64,000 bases of DNA from Bacteroidota bacterium. GTDB taxonomy: Bacteria; Bacteroidota; JABWAT01. A model generated the notes under the pieces. It searched no databases and was not told the origin of the DNA. It saw nothing but the letters and a program-made list of their open reading frames with translations. Position 1 is the stretch's first letter, and the number at the start of each line of letters is the position of its first letter. The DNA is taken from positions 359,306-423,305 of the forward strand of contig JAKLJL010000001.1 in the NCBI GenBank assembly GCA_023151185.1, read 5' to 3'. Both the position numbers and the translations under genes were made by a program. This document shows, in pieces, positions 1 to 13,470 of this stretch.

Positions 1-791
1 CGCTGCAGCTCATGGATGTGGTCCAGATGAACTGCCTTGGCCGTATTACCTGTACCCTTAAAGTAACTGACGGCCAAAAAGACGGAATAATTATTTTCAA
101 AAAGGGAGATATCGTTCACGCCGAAACCAGCGGAATGGTCGGGAAGGAAGCCTTTTTTAATATTGCCGGCTGGAAAGGCGGCAGTTTTGATATGGTAAAT
201 GAAATTTCTGCCCAGGTGACCATTCTCGACCATTGGGAACAGCTTCTGATCGAGGCCCTTCAGGTACTGGATGATGGCAGTCAGGATAATGTAGCCGGTG
301 ATGATTTTGATTTTGATTTTGGTCAGCCGCCTTCCGGGACCACCATCAAAGCCAGTGTGGCTGAGCAGGCTCCTTCAGCTCCGGTAAGTCCGGTAGAAAC
401 CAATCTCGATATGACCCCGGTTGGAGATACGGCAAACGATGCCTCGACTCTGATGGAACGTATGCTGAAAAAAACCGGATCAGATGCTGTGTTTATCATG
501 ACCCCTGATGGCTTTGTCATCGACCGGAAAATCACCAATGAAGCCCTGAAAATTGACCAGTCCGGCGAAAACATTTCAAGAACTTTATCGGCCGTGATTG
601 CGTTAGGTGAAAATATGTTTTCAGGACCGCTGAACCGGGTTGTCATGTCCTTTCAGAATAAATACATCATTGTTAAGGCAATACCGAACAGTGATCTGTT
701 GTTTGTCATGTCGGCTCCGGCAGCTCTGCGCCTGGATGATATTCTACCGACAATTGAAAAAGAAGCCCAATACCTGACCAATCTAATCTAA
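1..791 (+). CDS. DUF4388 (PatA-N-like) plus C-terminal roadblock/LC7 domain protein, probably 5'-truncated by the window edge
   Basis: Frame is open to the window edge (LQLMDVVQM). GIIIFKKGDIVHAE...GKEAFFNIAGWKGGSF is DUF4388-like. The C-terminal AVFIMTPDGFVI segment is roadblock-like. Lies upstream of mglB/mglA. Confidence 0.75.
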   Translation, partial: LQLMDVVQMNCLGRITCTLKVTDGQKDGIIIFKKGDIVHAETSGMVGKEAFFNIAGWKGGSFDMVNEISAQVTILDHWEQLLIEALQVLDDGSQDNVAGDDFDFDFGQPPSGTTIKASVAEQAPSAPVSPVETNLDMTPVGDTANDASTLMERMLKKTGSDAVFIMTPDGFVIDRKITNEALKIDQSGENISRTLSAVIALGENMFSGPLNRVVMSFQNKYIIVKAIPNSDLLFVMSAPAALRLDDILPTIEKEAQYLTNLI

Positions 792-808
792 TCAGCCGGG
801 AAACCATC

Positions 809-1177
809 ATGACTGCGCAACTGAGTGATATCATCCGCCCCCTATCCGACCTGCCTGGGGTTGTTGGCATTTTAATAATTGATCAGGATGGACTTGTGAT
901 GGAAACCACATTTCCGTCGGAAAGGGATCCTGATCTTCTTGGATCGGTCTTTGCAATTCTTGACCTGAATGTCACCGGGCAGTTATCAAAGCTGGGTGAA
1001 AATGCCCATCAGGTCTTTTTTTCAACCGCCGATAAACTGATTCTGATCCAAAAAATTGAAGATGTTACTTTGGTGCTGTATACTCGAAAAGAGAATCTTT
1101 CTGAACTTCAGGACCGGTTATTTGATGCAGCCGGCAAGATTTCCGAGTTTTTACACATTGCCGGTCAGAATACTTGA
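809..1177 (+). CDS. mglB: Roadblock/LC7 domain protein (MglB-like)
   Basis: LSDLPGVVGILIIDQDGLVM roadblock signature; directly upstream of an MglA GTPase. Confidence 0.75.
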   Translation: MTAQLSDIIRPLSDLPGVVGILIIDQDGLVMETTFPSERDPDLLGSVFAILDLNVTGQLSKLGENAHQVFFSTADKLILIQKIEDVTLVLYTRKENLSELQDRLFDAAGKISEFLHIAGQNT

Positions 1178-1229
1178 AAAAATCAGTAAGACTTTGAATA
1201 TTAGCAGAAGAAATGACTAAGGGGATGAG

Positions 1230-2054
1230 ATGGCTTCGATCAATTATGCGAACCGTGAAATTGTAATTAAAATTGTTTATTACGGTCCCGGGCTCAGCGG
1301 TAAAACAACCAACCTGCAGGTGATCCACCAGAATGTTCCCGATAATACCCGCGGAAACATGATTTCACTGGCAACCGAAGCAGACCGGACTCTCTTTTTT
1401 GACCTTCTTCCTCTGAATCTTGGAAGTGTTAAAGGGTTTAATACCAAATTCCAGCTTTACACGGTTCCGGGACAGGTTTATTACAATGCAACCCGTAAGC
1501 TGGTTCTTAAAGGCGTTGACGGTGTTGTTTTTGTTGCCGATTCAGGTGTCGGTAAGATGAACGAAAATATCGAATCCCTCCAGAATCTGAAAGATAACCT
1601 TGCTGAGTATGGAATCGATCTGAACAATTTCCCGATCGTTCTGCAGTACAACAAACGGGATCTTGCCAATGTTTACAGTGTTGAAGAGCTGAATAAAAAT
1701 CTGAACCCGAATAACGTTCCGGCAGTTGAAGCTTCCGTTATCAAAAATATCGGGGTATTTGAAGTTCTTAAAGCAATCAGCCGTGAAACACTTGCCCGGA
1801 TTAATAAACAATCTGGTCCTGCACCACAGCCTGCAGCGGGTGCCCAACAGGCTGCTCCGGCGGCGGCTGCACCTGCACCTGCGCCTGCACCGGCTCCCGC
1901 ACCAGCACCAGCTCCGGCGCCCGCACCGGCTCCACCACCTGCACCGGCTCCACCACCTGCCCCTGCACCGGCTCCCTCCGGACAGCAGCCTGGTGCGCCA
2001 CAACAGGGCGGCACGTTTTTTAAAAACCTGATTAATAAAATGGATAATAAATAA
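1230..2054 (+). CDS. mglA: MglA-family small GTPase with Pro/Ala-rich C-terminal tail
   Basis: KIVYYGPGLSGKTTNL, DRTLFFD, LYTVPGQVYY and NKRD motifs typical of MglA. Confidence 0.93.
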   Translation: MASINYANREIVIKIVYYGPGLSGKTTNLQVIHQNVPDNTRGNMISLATEADRTLFFDLLPLNLGSVKGFNTKFQLYTVPGQVYYNATRKLVLKGVDGVVFVADSGVGKMNENIESLQNLKDNLAEYGIDLNNFPIVLQYNKRDLANVYSVEELNKNLNPNNVPAVEASVIKNIGVFEVLKAISRETLARINKQSGPAPQPAAGAQQAAPAAAAPAPAPAPAPAPAPAPAPAPAPPPAPAPPPAPAPAPSGQQPGAPQQGGTFFKNLINKMDNK

Positions 2055-2072
2055 TCCGTTTTCCAGTCTGAC

Positions 2073-2106
2073 AGGGGGATCCGGTTTCCGGCTCCCCCTT
2101 TTTTTT
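2073..2106 (+). terminator. Rho-independent terminator after mglA
   Basis: AGGGGGATCCGG...CCGGCTCCCCCT stem followed by a T run. Confidence 0.85.
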
Positions 2107-2210
2107 ATCCGGAACCAAAGGTAACTCTCACTCATACGTACGGGAATTGCCTGACTTCAGTTTTCTTTTATTCCGCATACTTTCTATTTTTAAGGTTTTA
2201 CAGGAAAACT

Positions 2211-2915
2211 ATGCTCAGAACTATCTGGGCCGGTGCCATTATTTTTCCGGCAACGGTCATTTGTGCCTTTTTTTCAATGGTTTGGTCCTTGTTTGTTCCA
2301 AGGGGAAGAGGGTATCACCTGTGGGCAAGAATCTGGTCTTTTATCATCATCAAAACCATTGGGATCAGAATCAAAATTACGGGCCTGGAAAACCTGGATC
2401 CCGAAATGAATTATGTTTTTGTGTCAAATCATGCAAGCGCCATTGATATTCCGGTTGTCATTCATGCAATTCCCTATCAGATCCGCCTGGTTGCGAAAAA
2501 GGAACTTGAAAAGGTACCTATGATGGGATGGTCCCTGAAGGTCGGAGATTATATTCTCATTGACCGGACGAACCGGAGTAAATCGAAAGAGTCACTGGAT
2601 GAAGCTTCCTATAAACTCAGAAATGGCAGAAGTGTTCTGATGTTTGCTGAAGGAACCCGGAGTACCGACGGGAACCTGCTCCCGTTTAAATCAGGGCCAT
2701 TCCTGCTGGCGATTGATGCTCAGGTTCCGGTTGTTCCGGTGACTCTCAACTTTACCCATAAAATAATGGAAAAGGACCGTCTTCGGGTTCACCCCGGTCA
2801 GGTTGAAGTTGTGATATCTGAACCGGTTTACACTGAAGGAAAAACAGAAGCCGACAGAAAAGAGCTTCTCGAAAGGACTCAGGCTGCAGTAAGATCAAAA
2901 TTGAAATTGAATTGA
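2211..2915 (+). CDS. plsC: 1-acyl-sn-glycerol-3-phosphate acyltransferase
   Basis: NHASAID (HX4D) and FAEGTRS motifs. Confidence 0.9.
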   Translation: MLRTIWAGAIIFPATVICAFFSMVWSLFVPRGRGYHLWARIWSFIIIKTIGIRIKITGLENLDPEMNYVFVSNHASAIDIPVVIHAIPYQIRLVAKKELEKVPMMGWSLKVGDYILIDRTNRSKSKESLDEASYKLRNGRSVLMFAEGTRSTDGNLLPFKSGPFLLAIDAQVPVVPVTLNFTHKIMEKDRLRVHPGQVEVVISEPVYTEGKTEADRKELLERTQAAVRSKLKLN

Positions 2916-2922
2916 GGGAAAA

Positions 2923-3212
2923 ATGGCTGTAACACCAAAGGATGTCGATTATATTGCTGCTCTGGCCCACCTGAAGTTTGGTGAGGCTGAGAAAGCCGCC
3001 ATGGTAACGGATATGAATAATATTCTGTCTTACATGGAAAAGCTGAATGAACTGAATACTGATCAGGTTGATCCGCTTACTGCGATAACGGATGCAGAAA
3101 ACGTTTTACGGCCCGATGAACCAAAGACCATGCTCCAGAACGAGGATGCCTTATCCAATGCACCGTCCAAAATCGGACCATTCTTCCGGGTTCCCAAGGT
3201 GATTGACCAGTT

Positions 3213-3216
<4 letters not shown>
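2923..3216 (+). CDS. gatC: Asp/Glu-tRNA amidotransferase subunit C
   Basis: VDYIAALAHL...NVLRPDE...ALSNAP...FFRVPKVI; 97 aa. Confidence 0.92.
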
Positions 3217-6453
<3,237 letters not shown>

Positions 6454-6474
6454 CCATTTTAAAAGTTCAGGAAT

Positions 6475-7446
6475 ATGACTGACCCGATTATTGCAAGCGG
6501 ATTAAAAACTGTCCGGATTGAAGAACAAGCCATTCGTGCACTATCCGAACGGATTGATGATCAGTTTAAGCAGGCTGTTGAAAAAATTCTCTCGATCAAA
6601 GGCCGGGTAGTTGTTACGGGCGTAGGAAAATCGGGGATCATTGCCCAGAAAATGGTGGCAACTTTAAACTCGACCGGGACGCCAAGCATGTACCTGCATC
6701 CGACAGATGCAATTCATGGTGATATGGGAATGGTCAGAAAAGAAGATGCTGTTATTGCCATTTCAAAAAGCGGCAGTTCCGAAGAAATGGTTTACCTGCT
6801 TCCTCTTCTGAAACGGATTCCGGTACCGATTATCTGCATGGTAGGGAATTTAAAATCAAAAATGGCAGAATTGGCCGATATCGTTCTGAATATCCATGTT
6901 CAGGAAGAAGCTTGCCCGCATGATCTGGCCCCGACATCCTCGACAACGGCTACTCTGGTTATGGGGGATGCACTGGCAGTTGCCCTGCTGGAGGCCCGGA
7001 ATTTTACCAAAGAAGATTTTGCCTTTTTCCATCCCGGTGGGGCTCTGGGCCGCCGGTTGCTCCTGACCGTCAGGGAATTTATGGTAACCGGGAATGAACT
7101 TCCGGTTGCCCGACCTGAAACCCGGATGAAAGAAGTCCTGTTCATCATCACCAGCAAACGGCTTGGATCCTGCCTGATCACAGATCCGGAAGGTAAACTG
7201 GCCGGAATTATTACCGACGGTGATATTCGGCGGTCCATTGAGAAGTACCCTGATTTTCTGAGTCTTCAGGCTTCAGAAATTATGGGCCGGTCGCCAAAAA
7301 CGATTCTGCCCGAAACGCTGGCTTCCACTGCACTGAGTAAAATGGAAGCCTTCAACATTACGCAGCTTGCTGTAACCGATGAGGCAGGAAAACCTGTGGG
7401 GATTGTTCACATCCATGATCTGATTAAAGCCGGACTGGACGGATGA
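6475..7446 (+). CDS. kdsD: Arabinose-5-phosphate isomerase (KpsF/GutQ family, SIS plus CBS domains)
   Basis: GVGKSG, HGDMG, APTSST and FHPGGALG motifs; CBS pair. Confidence 0.95.
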   Translation: MTDPIIASGLKTVRIEEQAIRALSERIDDQFKQAVEKILSIKGRVVVTGVGKSGIIAQKMVATLNSTGTPSMYLHPTDAIHGDMGMVRKEDAVIAISKSGSSEEMVYLLPLLKRIPVPIICMVGNLKSKMAELADIVLNIHVQEEACPHDLAPTSSTTATLVMGDALAVALLEARNFTKEDFAFFHPGGALGRRLLLTVREFMVTGNELPVARPETRMKEVLFIITSKRLGSCLITDPEGKLAGIITDGDIRRSIEKYPDFLSLQASEIMGRSPKTILPETLASTALSKMEAFNITQLAVTDEAGKPVGIVHIHDLIKAGLDG

Positions 7447-7988
7447 AAAAGTTTCTCCTTCACACCCTGCCGGTTTTTTTCCTCCTGATTACTTCCTGCG
7501 GGGATTCCGATCAGAAAATGGTAACTGAACTTCTGCCTTCCGGCGCACCAACCAATCAGCTCTGGACCATGTCGACCACTGTAACGGATTCCGGATTTGT
7601 AAAGTCGGTGATTCAGGCCGGTTATACAGCCAAATTCGGCCGGGCAGAGGAAAGCAAAACCCACCTCGACAGCGGTGTTTTTGTTCAGATGTTTAATGAA
7701 GCCGGGGAATTAACCTCCACCCTGACCTGTCAACGGGGCATTATCGATGATATTTCCAAGGATATGGAAGCCTTTAACCAGGTTAAACTGGTAACAAAAG
7801 ACAGTACAATTCTGGAGAGTGAATATCTGAAATTCCTTCAGACAACCGGCAAAATATCCTCCGATAAATTTGTAACCATCACCAAGCCTGGCCAGGTTCT
7901 GCGCGGAACCGGGTTTGAGTCCGACAAAGACGTTGTCAATTTCAAGATATTCAAGGCCAGCGGTGAAGCAGAGGTTGAATCCAAATGA
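7443..7988 (+). CDS. lptC: LPS export ABC transporter periplasmic protein LptC
   Basis: Lipoprotein signal (LITSC); C-terminal SDKFVTI...GTGFESD; position in the kds-lpt operon. Confidence 0.8.
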   Translation: MKKFLLHTLPVFFLLITSCGDSDQKMVTELLPSGAPTNQLWTMSTTVTDSGFVKSVIQAGYTAKFGRAEESKTHLDSGVFVQMFNEAGELTSTLTCQRGIIDDISKDMEAFNQVKLVTKDSTILESEYLKFLQTTGKISSDKFVTITKPGQVLRGTGFESDKDVVNFKIFKASGEAEVESK

Positions 7989-9244
7989 AACCGGTTGTCC
8001 TTTTGGTTCTCACCCATTTCCTCTTTTTATCAGCATTTTCACAACCCCGGGATCTGGTTAAACTGATTTATGCGGATTCTTTCACCGGATTTCAGATCAA
8101 TGGAGAGCCGGTCAGGGAATTTACCGGAAATGTTCATGTTGAACGGGACGGTGTAAACCTGTACTGCGATAAAATGATTGAATTCGTAAACCGCAGGCTT
8201 CTTGAGGCAAAAGGGAATGTTAAAATTGTCCAGAATGCAGATATTCTGACCGCTGATTTTGGCCGGTACTATCCCGATACCCGGTTTATCACCGTTGAGA
8301 AAAATGTGAAACTGAATTCTGAAGGCAATCTCCTGACCTCTGATTTCGGAAATTTCAACTTCCAGTCCAATCTGGCTGGATTCTGGAGCAGGGTTAAACT
8401 GGTTGACCCCGGAAATAATGAAATTCTTGCCGATTCTCTGGATTATAACCGGAATACCGGTCACAGCAAACTTTTCAGGAACGTCCGGATTTATTCACCG
8501 GCCGATCAGTCGGTTATTACCGGACAGTATGCCGAGAACTACAACACCTCACGGACTGCGTTCATTGAAAAAGAGGCCTTTTTATTCCAACTGCCCCGAA
8601 AACCGGGCGAAGATACACTGATGATCCGGAGTCTTAAAATGGAATCCAACCGGTCTGATTCTGTTAACCGGTATGTGGCCATCGGAAAGGTCAGAATGGT
8701 GCAAGGGGATCTTTCTGCCAGGTCTGATACGATGACCTTTCTGAAAAATGAAGGGAAAATCAGTTTAAGAAGTGAGCCCGCAGTCTGGCATGGAGCCAAC
8801 CAGGTGACAGGAGATTCAATTGATGTCTTACTGGAAGAAAATAAATTAAAAAAACTGGATTGCCTGGGAAGTGCATTTTCTGTTTCCAGAAAAGATTCGG
8901 TGATGAGAAAATATGATCAGTTGCGTGGCCGCCGGATCCAGTATCTGTTTTCGGATAAAAAGCTTGAAACTGTTGTAGTAGATACAACAGCAGAAAGCCT
9001 GTACTACCTGGATCAGGACGGGAAACCCTCAGGAGCCAATTTTATCACCGGGGACCAGATTGTCATCCGGTTTACCGATAATGAAATCGAAGACATCCGG
9101 GTTCGCAGCGGGGTTGAAGGAAAATTTTTTCCGGAACGGCTGGTTGCCGCAGAACCGATTTTACTGAAAAATTTTAAGTGGCTCGGAAGGGAACGGCCGA
9201 CGCCGCAGGAGTTGAGGAATTATGTCAGGTCAGGAATCCGGTAA
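7985..9244 (+). CDS. OstA-like (LptA/LptD N-terminal repeat) protein
   Basis: Signal peptide, repeated jellyroll motifs (GNVHV, GNVKIVQ), C-terminal LKNFKW...RP; lies between lptC and lptB. Confidence 0.8.
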   Translation: MKPVVLLVLTHFLFLSAFSQPRDLVKLIYADSFTGFQINGEPVREFTGNVHVERDGVNLYCDKMIEFVNRRLLEAKGNVKIVQNADILTADFGRYYPDTRFITVEKNVKLNSEGNLLTSDFGNFNFQSNLAGFWSRVKLVDPGNNEILADSLDYNRNTGHSKLFRNVRIYSPADQSVITGQYAENYNTSRTAFIEKEAFLFQLPRKPGEDTLMIRSLKMESNRSDSVNRYVAIGKVRMVQGDLSARSDTMTFLKNEGKISLRSEPAVWHGANQVTGDSIDVLLEENKLKKLDCLGSAFSVSRKDSVMRKYDQLRGRRIQYLFSDKKLETVVVDTTAESLYYLDQDGKPSGANFITGDQIVIRFTDNEIEDIRVRSGVEGKFFPERLVAAEPILLKNFKWLGRERPTPQELRNYVRSGIR

Positions 9245-9989
9245 CGAAAAACAACCCATGATTTTACGTGGTGAAGACCTGGTTAAGCAATATAAAAAAC
9301 GCCGGGTCGTAAAAGGTGTTTCAGTGAACGTCCGCCAGGGAGAAATTGTCGGGCTTTTAGGTCCGAATGGGGCAGGAAAAACAACCACGTTTTATATGAT
9401 CACCGGTATGGTTAAACCCACTTCTGGCCGGATTTTTATAAATGATCTTGAAGTAACCGATGACCCGATGTTTGTCAGGGCTCAAAAGGGGATCGGGTAT
9501 CTGCCCCAGGAGGCAAGTGTTTTCAGGAAACTTTCAGTTGAAGACAATATTCTGGCGATTCTGGAATTCATGCCGTTGAACAAAGCACAGCGGAAGGAAC
9601 GGGTCGAGGAACTTCTGGAAGATTTCAATATTACCCACATCCGGAAGTCATTGGGTTATATGCTTTCGGGAGGTGAACGGCGCCGGTGTGAAATTGCCCG
9701 GGCCCTGGCAAGCAATCCCAGTTTCATTTTACTGGATGAGCCCTTTGCCGGGGTAGATCCGATTGCGGTTGAGGATATTCAGTCCATTGTAGCCAAACTG
9801 AAAGACCGGGGCATCGGCGTTCTGATCACCGATCACAACGTACATGAAACACTCAGTATTACCGACCGGGCTTACCTTCTTTTTGACGGGTCCATCCTGC
9901 TGCAGGGGACTGCCGAACATCTTGCCCAGGATGAAAATGCCAGAAAGCTGTATCTCGGTGAAAAGTTCACCCTTGAAAGATATAAATAA
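9222..9989 (+). CDS. lptB: LPS export ABC transporter ATP-binding protein
   Basis: [39 protein letters not shown] and ITDHNV motifs; alternative start at 9258. Confidence 0.96.
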   Translation: MSGQESGNEKQPMILRGEDLVKQYKKRRVVKGVSVNVRQGEIVGLLGPNGAGKTTTFYMITGMVKPTSGRIFINDLEVTDDPMFVRAQKGIGYLPQEASVFRKLSVEDNILAILEFMPLNKAQRKERVEELLEDFNITHIRKSLGYMLSGGERRRCEIARALASNPSFILLDEPFAGVDPIAVEDIQSIVAKLKDRGIGVLITDHNVHETLSITDRAYLLFDGSILLQGTAEHLAQDENARKLYLGEKFTLERYK

Positions 9990-10045
9990 AGTTTGCATTC
10001 CGGAGTGGAATTTGTTTATTTTTACTCCGCAATAAAACTAAAGCT

Positions 10046-10114
10046 ATGACCCATCAGCCAACATATCAAACCGGCTTCTTCTCCTTTTCCTACTGGTATT
10101 TCTATTGGGCTTAA
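10046..10114 (+). CDS. Putative aromatic-amino-acid leader peptide MTHQPTYQTGFFSFSYWYFYWA
   Basis: 22-codon ORF read directly from the sequence. 8 of the 11 codons from F11 to W21 plus one more give 9 Phe/Tyr/Trp codons in that stretch. Ends 136 nt upstream of DAHP synthase. Absent from the ORF track. Confidence 0.8.
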   Translation: MTHQPTYQTGFFSFSYWYFYWA

Positions 10115-10133
10115 GCCCATATTTTCTTTTTCT
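10105..10133 (+). promoter_or_regulatory. Candidate attenuator hairpin overlapping the end of the leader peptide
   Basis: TGGGC-TTAA-GCCCA followed by TATTTTCTTTTTT. Confidence 0.55.
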
Positions 10134-10250
10134 CCAAAAATCCTTGTTTTGATTTATATTCCGGCCGGAAACGTCCGGATTTGCCCGGATTAAAACTTTT
10201 ATCCGGAAAACCCTGTTTAAAAAGGAAAAATTTTACAAAAGGTACAGATT

Positions 10251-11303
10251 ATGGTTGTCGTAATAGAAAAAAATGCAAGCGAAGAACAGATTCAGCAGGT
10301 TATCGGGTTTTTGAACGGATTCGGATTCGATGTTCACCGGTCATCAGGGGTTAGCCAGACGGTTCTGGGCGCCATTGGCGTGAAGCCTGATTTTGACCAG
10401 CGGGAGGTTCAGCTTTTACCCGGGGTTCAAAAGGTTTTCAGAGTGACAGAACCTTATAAACTCAGCAGCCGGTCATTTAATCCCGAAGGAACAATTCTTG
10501 ATGTTAAAGGGGTAAAAATTGGTGGGCCTGATGTCGTCATGATGGCCGGTCCCTGCAGTGTGGAATCAGAAGAGCAAATTCACCTGGTTGCCAAACATGT
10601 CGCTGAACAGGGTGCTGTAGCCCTCCGGGGCGGTGCTTTCAAACCCCGGTCCTCTCCTTATGCCTTCCAGGGGCTTGGAGAACCGGCACTGAAATGGATG
10701 CGGGAGGCTGCCGATGCCAACGGCCTGATTGTGATCACGGAGGTAATGGACAGCAGCCAGATTGATTTGGTCGGGAAATATGCGGATATTTTTCAGCTTG
10801 GTGCCCGGAATATGCAGAACTATGCCCTGTTAAAGGATATTGGCAGGACCCGGGTGCCGGTAATGCTGAAACGGGGACTTTCGGCAACCATTGAAGAATG
10901 GCTGATGTCGGCAGAGTATATTCTTGCTTCGGGAAATCACAATGTCATGTTGTGTGAACGGGGCATCCGGACTTTTGAAACTGCAACTCGGAATACCATG
11001 GATATTTCGGCCATACCGGTAATTCACAAGAAATCTCATCTGCCTGTGATTGCCGATCCCTCTCATGGGGTTGGAATCCGGGACAAAGTGATTCCGATGG
11101 GGCTTGCCGCCGTTGCTGCCGGTGCAGATGGCTTGATTGTTGAAGTTCACAACTGTCCGGAAAAAGCAAAATCGGATGGGGCCCAGTCTCTGTATTTTGA
11201 ACAATTTACTGAACTTTCCCGCCAGGTTGGGGCCATTGCCCGAGCCATTGACCGGGGAATCCATGTGAATCCCAATAGTTTTATTGAAGATACCCAACAT
11301 TGA
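10251..11303 (+). CDS. aroF: DAHP synthase, type I-beta with N-terminal ACT/ferredoxin-like regulatory domain
   Basis: [26 protein letters not shown] and DPSHG motifs. Confidence 0.95.
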   Translation: MVVVIEKNASEEQIQQVIGFLNGFGFDVHRSSGVSQTVLGAIGVKPDFDQREVQLLPGVQKVFRVTEPYKLSSRSFNPEGTILDVKGVKIGGPDVVMMAGPCSVESEEQIHLVAKHVAEQGAVALRGGAFKPRSSPYAFQGLGEPALKWMREAADANGLIVITEVMDSSQIDLVGKYADIFQLGARNMQNYALLKDIGRTRVPVMLKRGLSATIEEWLMSAEYILASGNHNVMLCERGIRTFETATRNTMDISAIPVIHKKSHLPVIADPSHGVGIRDKVIPMGLAAVAAGADGLIVEVHNCPEKAKSDGAQSLYFEQFTELSRQVGAIARAIDRGIHVNPNSFIEDTQH

Positions 11304-11315
11304 AAGGTTTTTCGT

Positions 11316-13154
11316 ATGTGCGGAATTATCGGTTATATCGGTAAGAAAAATGCAATTGACATCGTACTGACCGGATTGAAGCGGATGGAGTACCGGGGAT
11401 ATGACTCCACCGGTGTTGCCCTGCTTCAGGACGGTCGGTTTACGGTAAAAAAACGCCGTGGAAAAGTGGTTGAACTCGAAGAGATCATTGATCTTGGTGA
11501 AATGGCTTCAACCTGCGGACTGGGACATACCCGGTGGGCTACCCACGGACAGCCGAATGATGTCAATGCACACCCGCACATTGATTCCGACGGTCAGGTC
11601 GTGGTTATTCATAACGGAATCATCGAAAATTACGACACTCTTAAAAAAGATCTTCTGGGAAAAGGACACCGGTTCCGGTCAGAAACGGATACTGAAGTCG
11701 TAGCCCATCTCATTGAATCTCTCCATAAAGACCATCCTGAACTTCCCCTGGATGAGGTTGTTGCTGTTATGCTTCACGAAATTACCGGAACCTATGGTCT
11801 GGTTATGATGGCTGCCTGGGACCCAGATAAAATCGTGGTTGCCAGAAAAGGAAGTCCGATGATTTTGGGGATTGGGGATGGTGAGTTTTTTGCTGTTTCT
11901 GATGCTTCTGCAATAATTGAACACACCCGGGATGTTGTCTATCTGAATGACGGCGAAATGGCGGTTCTGACAAGAACCGGATATTCGGTCAGAGATATGA
12001 AAAACAAAGCGCTTGAAGCTGAAATTGACCGGATCACCTATGATCTGGATCAGATAGAAAAAGGTGGATTCCCGCATTTCATGCTGAAAGAGATTTTTGA
12101 ACAGCCCGAGTCCATTTTCAATTCGATGCGGGGACGGATTGATTATGATGCGCTTTCCATTCGTCTTGGCGGAATTTCAACCCATTTGGGCCGGCTGCTC
12201 AGGGCCAGGAGAATTATAATCGCTGCCTGCGGTACTTCCTGGCATGCCGGACTTGTTGGTGAGTATTTGCTTGAAGAATATGCCAAAATTCCGGTCGAGG
12301 TTGAATATGCTTCAGAATTCAGGTACCGGCAGCCCATTATCTACCCGGATGATGTTGTTATTGTGATTTCACAATCGGGTGAAACTGCCGATACGCTTGC
12401 TGCGGCACGGGAGGCTAAATCTAAAGGTGCTCTTGTAGTCGGTATCGTGAATGTGGTTGGGTCAACCATTGCCCGGGAAACTGACTGCGGTATTTACATC
12501 CATGCCGGGCCTGAAATCGGAGTGGCCTCGACAAAGGCCTTTACTGCACAGGTTACCGTTCTGGCCCAGCTTTCTCTGATGCTGGGTGTTTATACCGGGC
12601 TGGATATTACCAAGCGCCGGGCATTTGTTGAAGCCCTCAGAACCATTCCTGATTTAGCCAGACGAACACTTGAACTCAATCCTGATATTGAAACGATCGC
12701 TGAAACTTTCCGGAATTCAACCAATTTTCTGTATCTGGGCCGTGGGTACAACTTCCCGGTTGCACTTGAAGGGGCTCTGAAACTAAAGGAAATCAGCTAC
12801 ATCCATGCAGAAGGATATCCGGCAGCCGAAATGAAGCATGGCCCGATTGCCCTGATTGATGAAAATATGCCGGTTGTCTTTGTAGCAATCCAGGACAGCA
12901 CCTATCACAAGGTTATTTCAAACATCGAAGAAGTAAGAGCCAGAAAAGGCCGGGTAATTGCCATTGCAAATGAAGGAGATGAGAATATTGACCGTCTTGC
13001 TGAATTTGTAATTAAAATTCCGGTGACAATTGAACCGCTTACTCCCTTGTTGACCTCCATCCCGCTTCAGTTGCTTTCTTACCATATTGCTGTCATGAGA
13101 GAGTGCAATGTGGACCAGCCACGAAACCTGGCTAAATCAGTTACAGTTGAATAA
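11316..13154 (+). CDS. glmS: Glutamine-fructose-6-phosphate aminotransferase
   Basis: MCGI start, GHTRWATHG, SQSGETADT and PRNLAKSVTVE. Confidence 0.98.
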   Translation: MCGIIGYIGKKNAIDIVLTGLKRMEYRGYDSTGVALLQDGRFTVKKRRGKVVELEEIIDLGEMASTCGLGHTRWATHGQPNDVNAHPHIDSDGQVVVIHNGIIENYDTLKKDLLGKGHRFRSETDTEVVAHLIESLHKDHPELPLDEVVAVMLHEITGTYGLVMMAAWDPDKIVVARKGSPMILGIGDGEFFAVSDASAIIEHTRDVVYLNDGEMAVLTRTGYSVRDMKNKALEAEIDRITYDLDQIEKGGFPHFMLKEIFEQPESIFNSMRGRIDYDALSIRLGGISTHLGRLLRARRIIIAACGTSWHAGLVGEYLLEEYAKIPVEVEYASEFRYRQPIIYPDDVVIVISQSGETADTLAAAREAKSKGALVVGIVNVVGSTIARETDCGIYIHAGPEIGVASTKAFTAQVTVLAQLSLMLGVYTGLDITKRRAFVEALRTIPDLARRTLELNPDIETIAETFRNSTNFLYLGRGYNFPVALEGALKLKEISYIHAEGYPAAEMKHGPIALIDENMPVVFVAIQDSTYHKVISNIEEVRARKGRVIAIANEGDENIDRLAEFVIKIPVTIEPLTPLLTSIPLQLLSYHIAVMRECNVDQPRNLAKSVTVE

Positions 13155-13181
13155 TAAAAAAGGGGCTGAGGCCCCTTTTTT
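13155..13181. terminator. Bidirectional terminator between convergent genes
   Basis: AAAAAAGGGGC-TGAG-GCCCCTTTTTT. Confidence 0.88.
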
Positions 13182-13470
13182 ATTCCGGTAAATCATCCTG
13201 GGATTTCGACAGATTCTGCCTGGCCCGTTCATCCTCAATATACTCTCTGACAGCCGGTTTCATATAAACCTGGTCAAGATCCATACCGGCAAAAATCCGG
13301 GCGAGGGTGGCCATCCGGATTTCAGGAGTCAGGCGTTTATTGATCATGATCAGTTTCTCCTGGTTTAACAGGCAGGATCCGCCGGAAAAATCCCCGATTT
13401 CATACCGGATTCTGAAGCCAAGGTCCCTGGCAAGCTGTTCAAGTTCGGTTAGTATCTCCTGCTTTTTCAT
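13180..13470 (-). CDS. Small hypothetical protein
   Basis: Start MKKQEIL overlaps the upstream stop (TAATG). RYEIGDFSGGSC...IMINKRL resembles an ImmA/IrrE-type fold but lacks HExxH. Confidence 0.65.
   Translation of the reverse strand: MKKQEILTELEQLARDLGFRIRYEIGDFSGGSCLLNQEKLIMINKRLTPEIRMATLARIFAGMDLDQVYMKPAVREYIEDERARQNLSKSQDDLPE

Noticed and set aside
1542-2135. Gly/Ala-, Arg/Cys- and His/Leu-rich alternative ORFs
   Set aside because: Shadow frames of the (PA)n codons in mglA.
11290-11316. glmS ribozyme
   Set aside because: Only 12 nt separate aroF and glmS, leaving no room.
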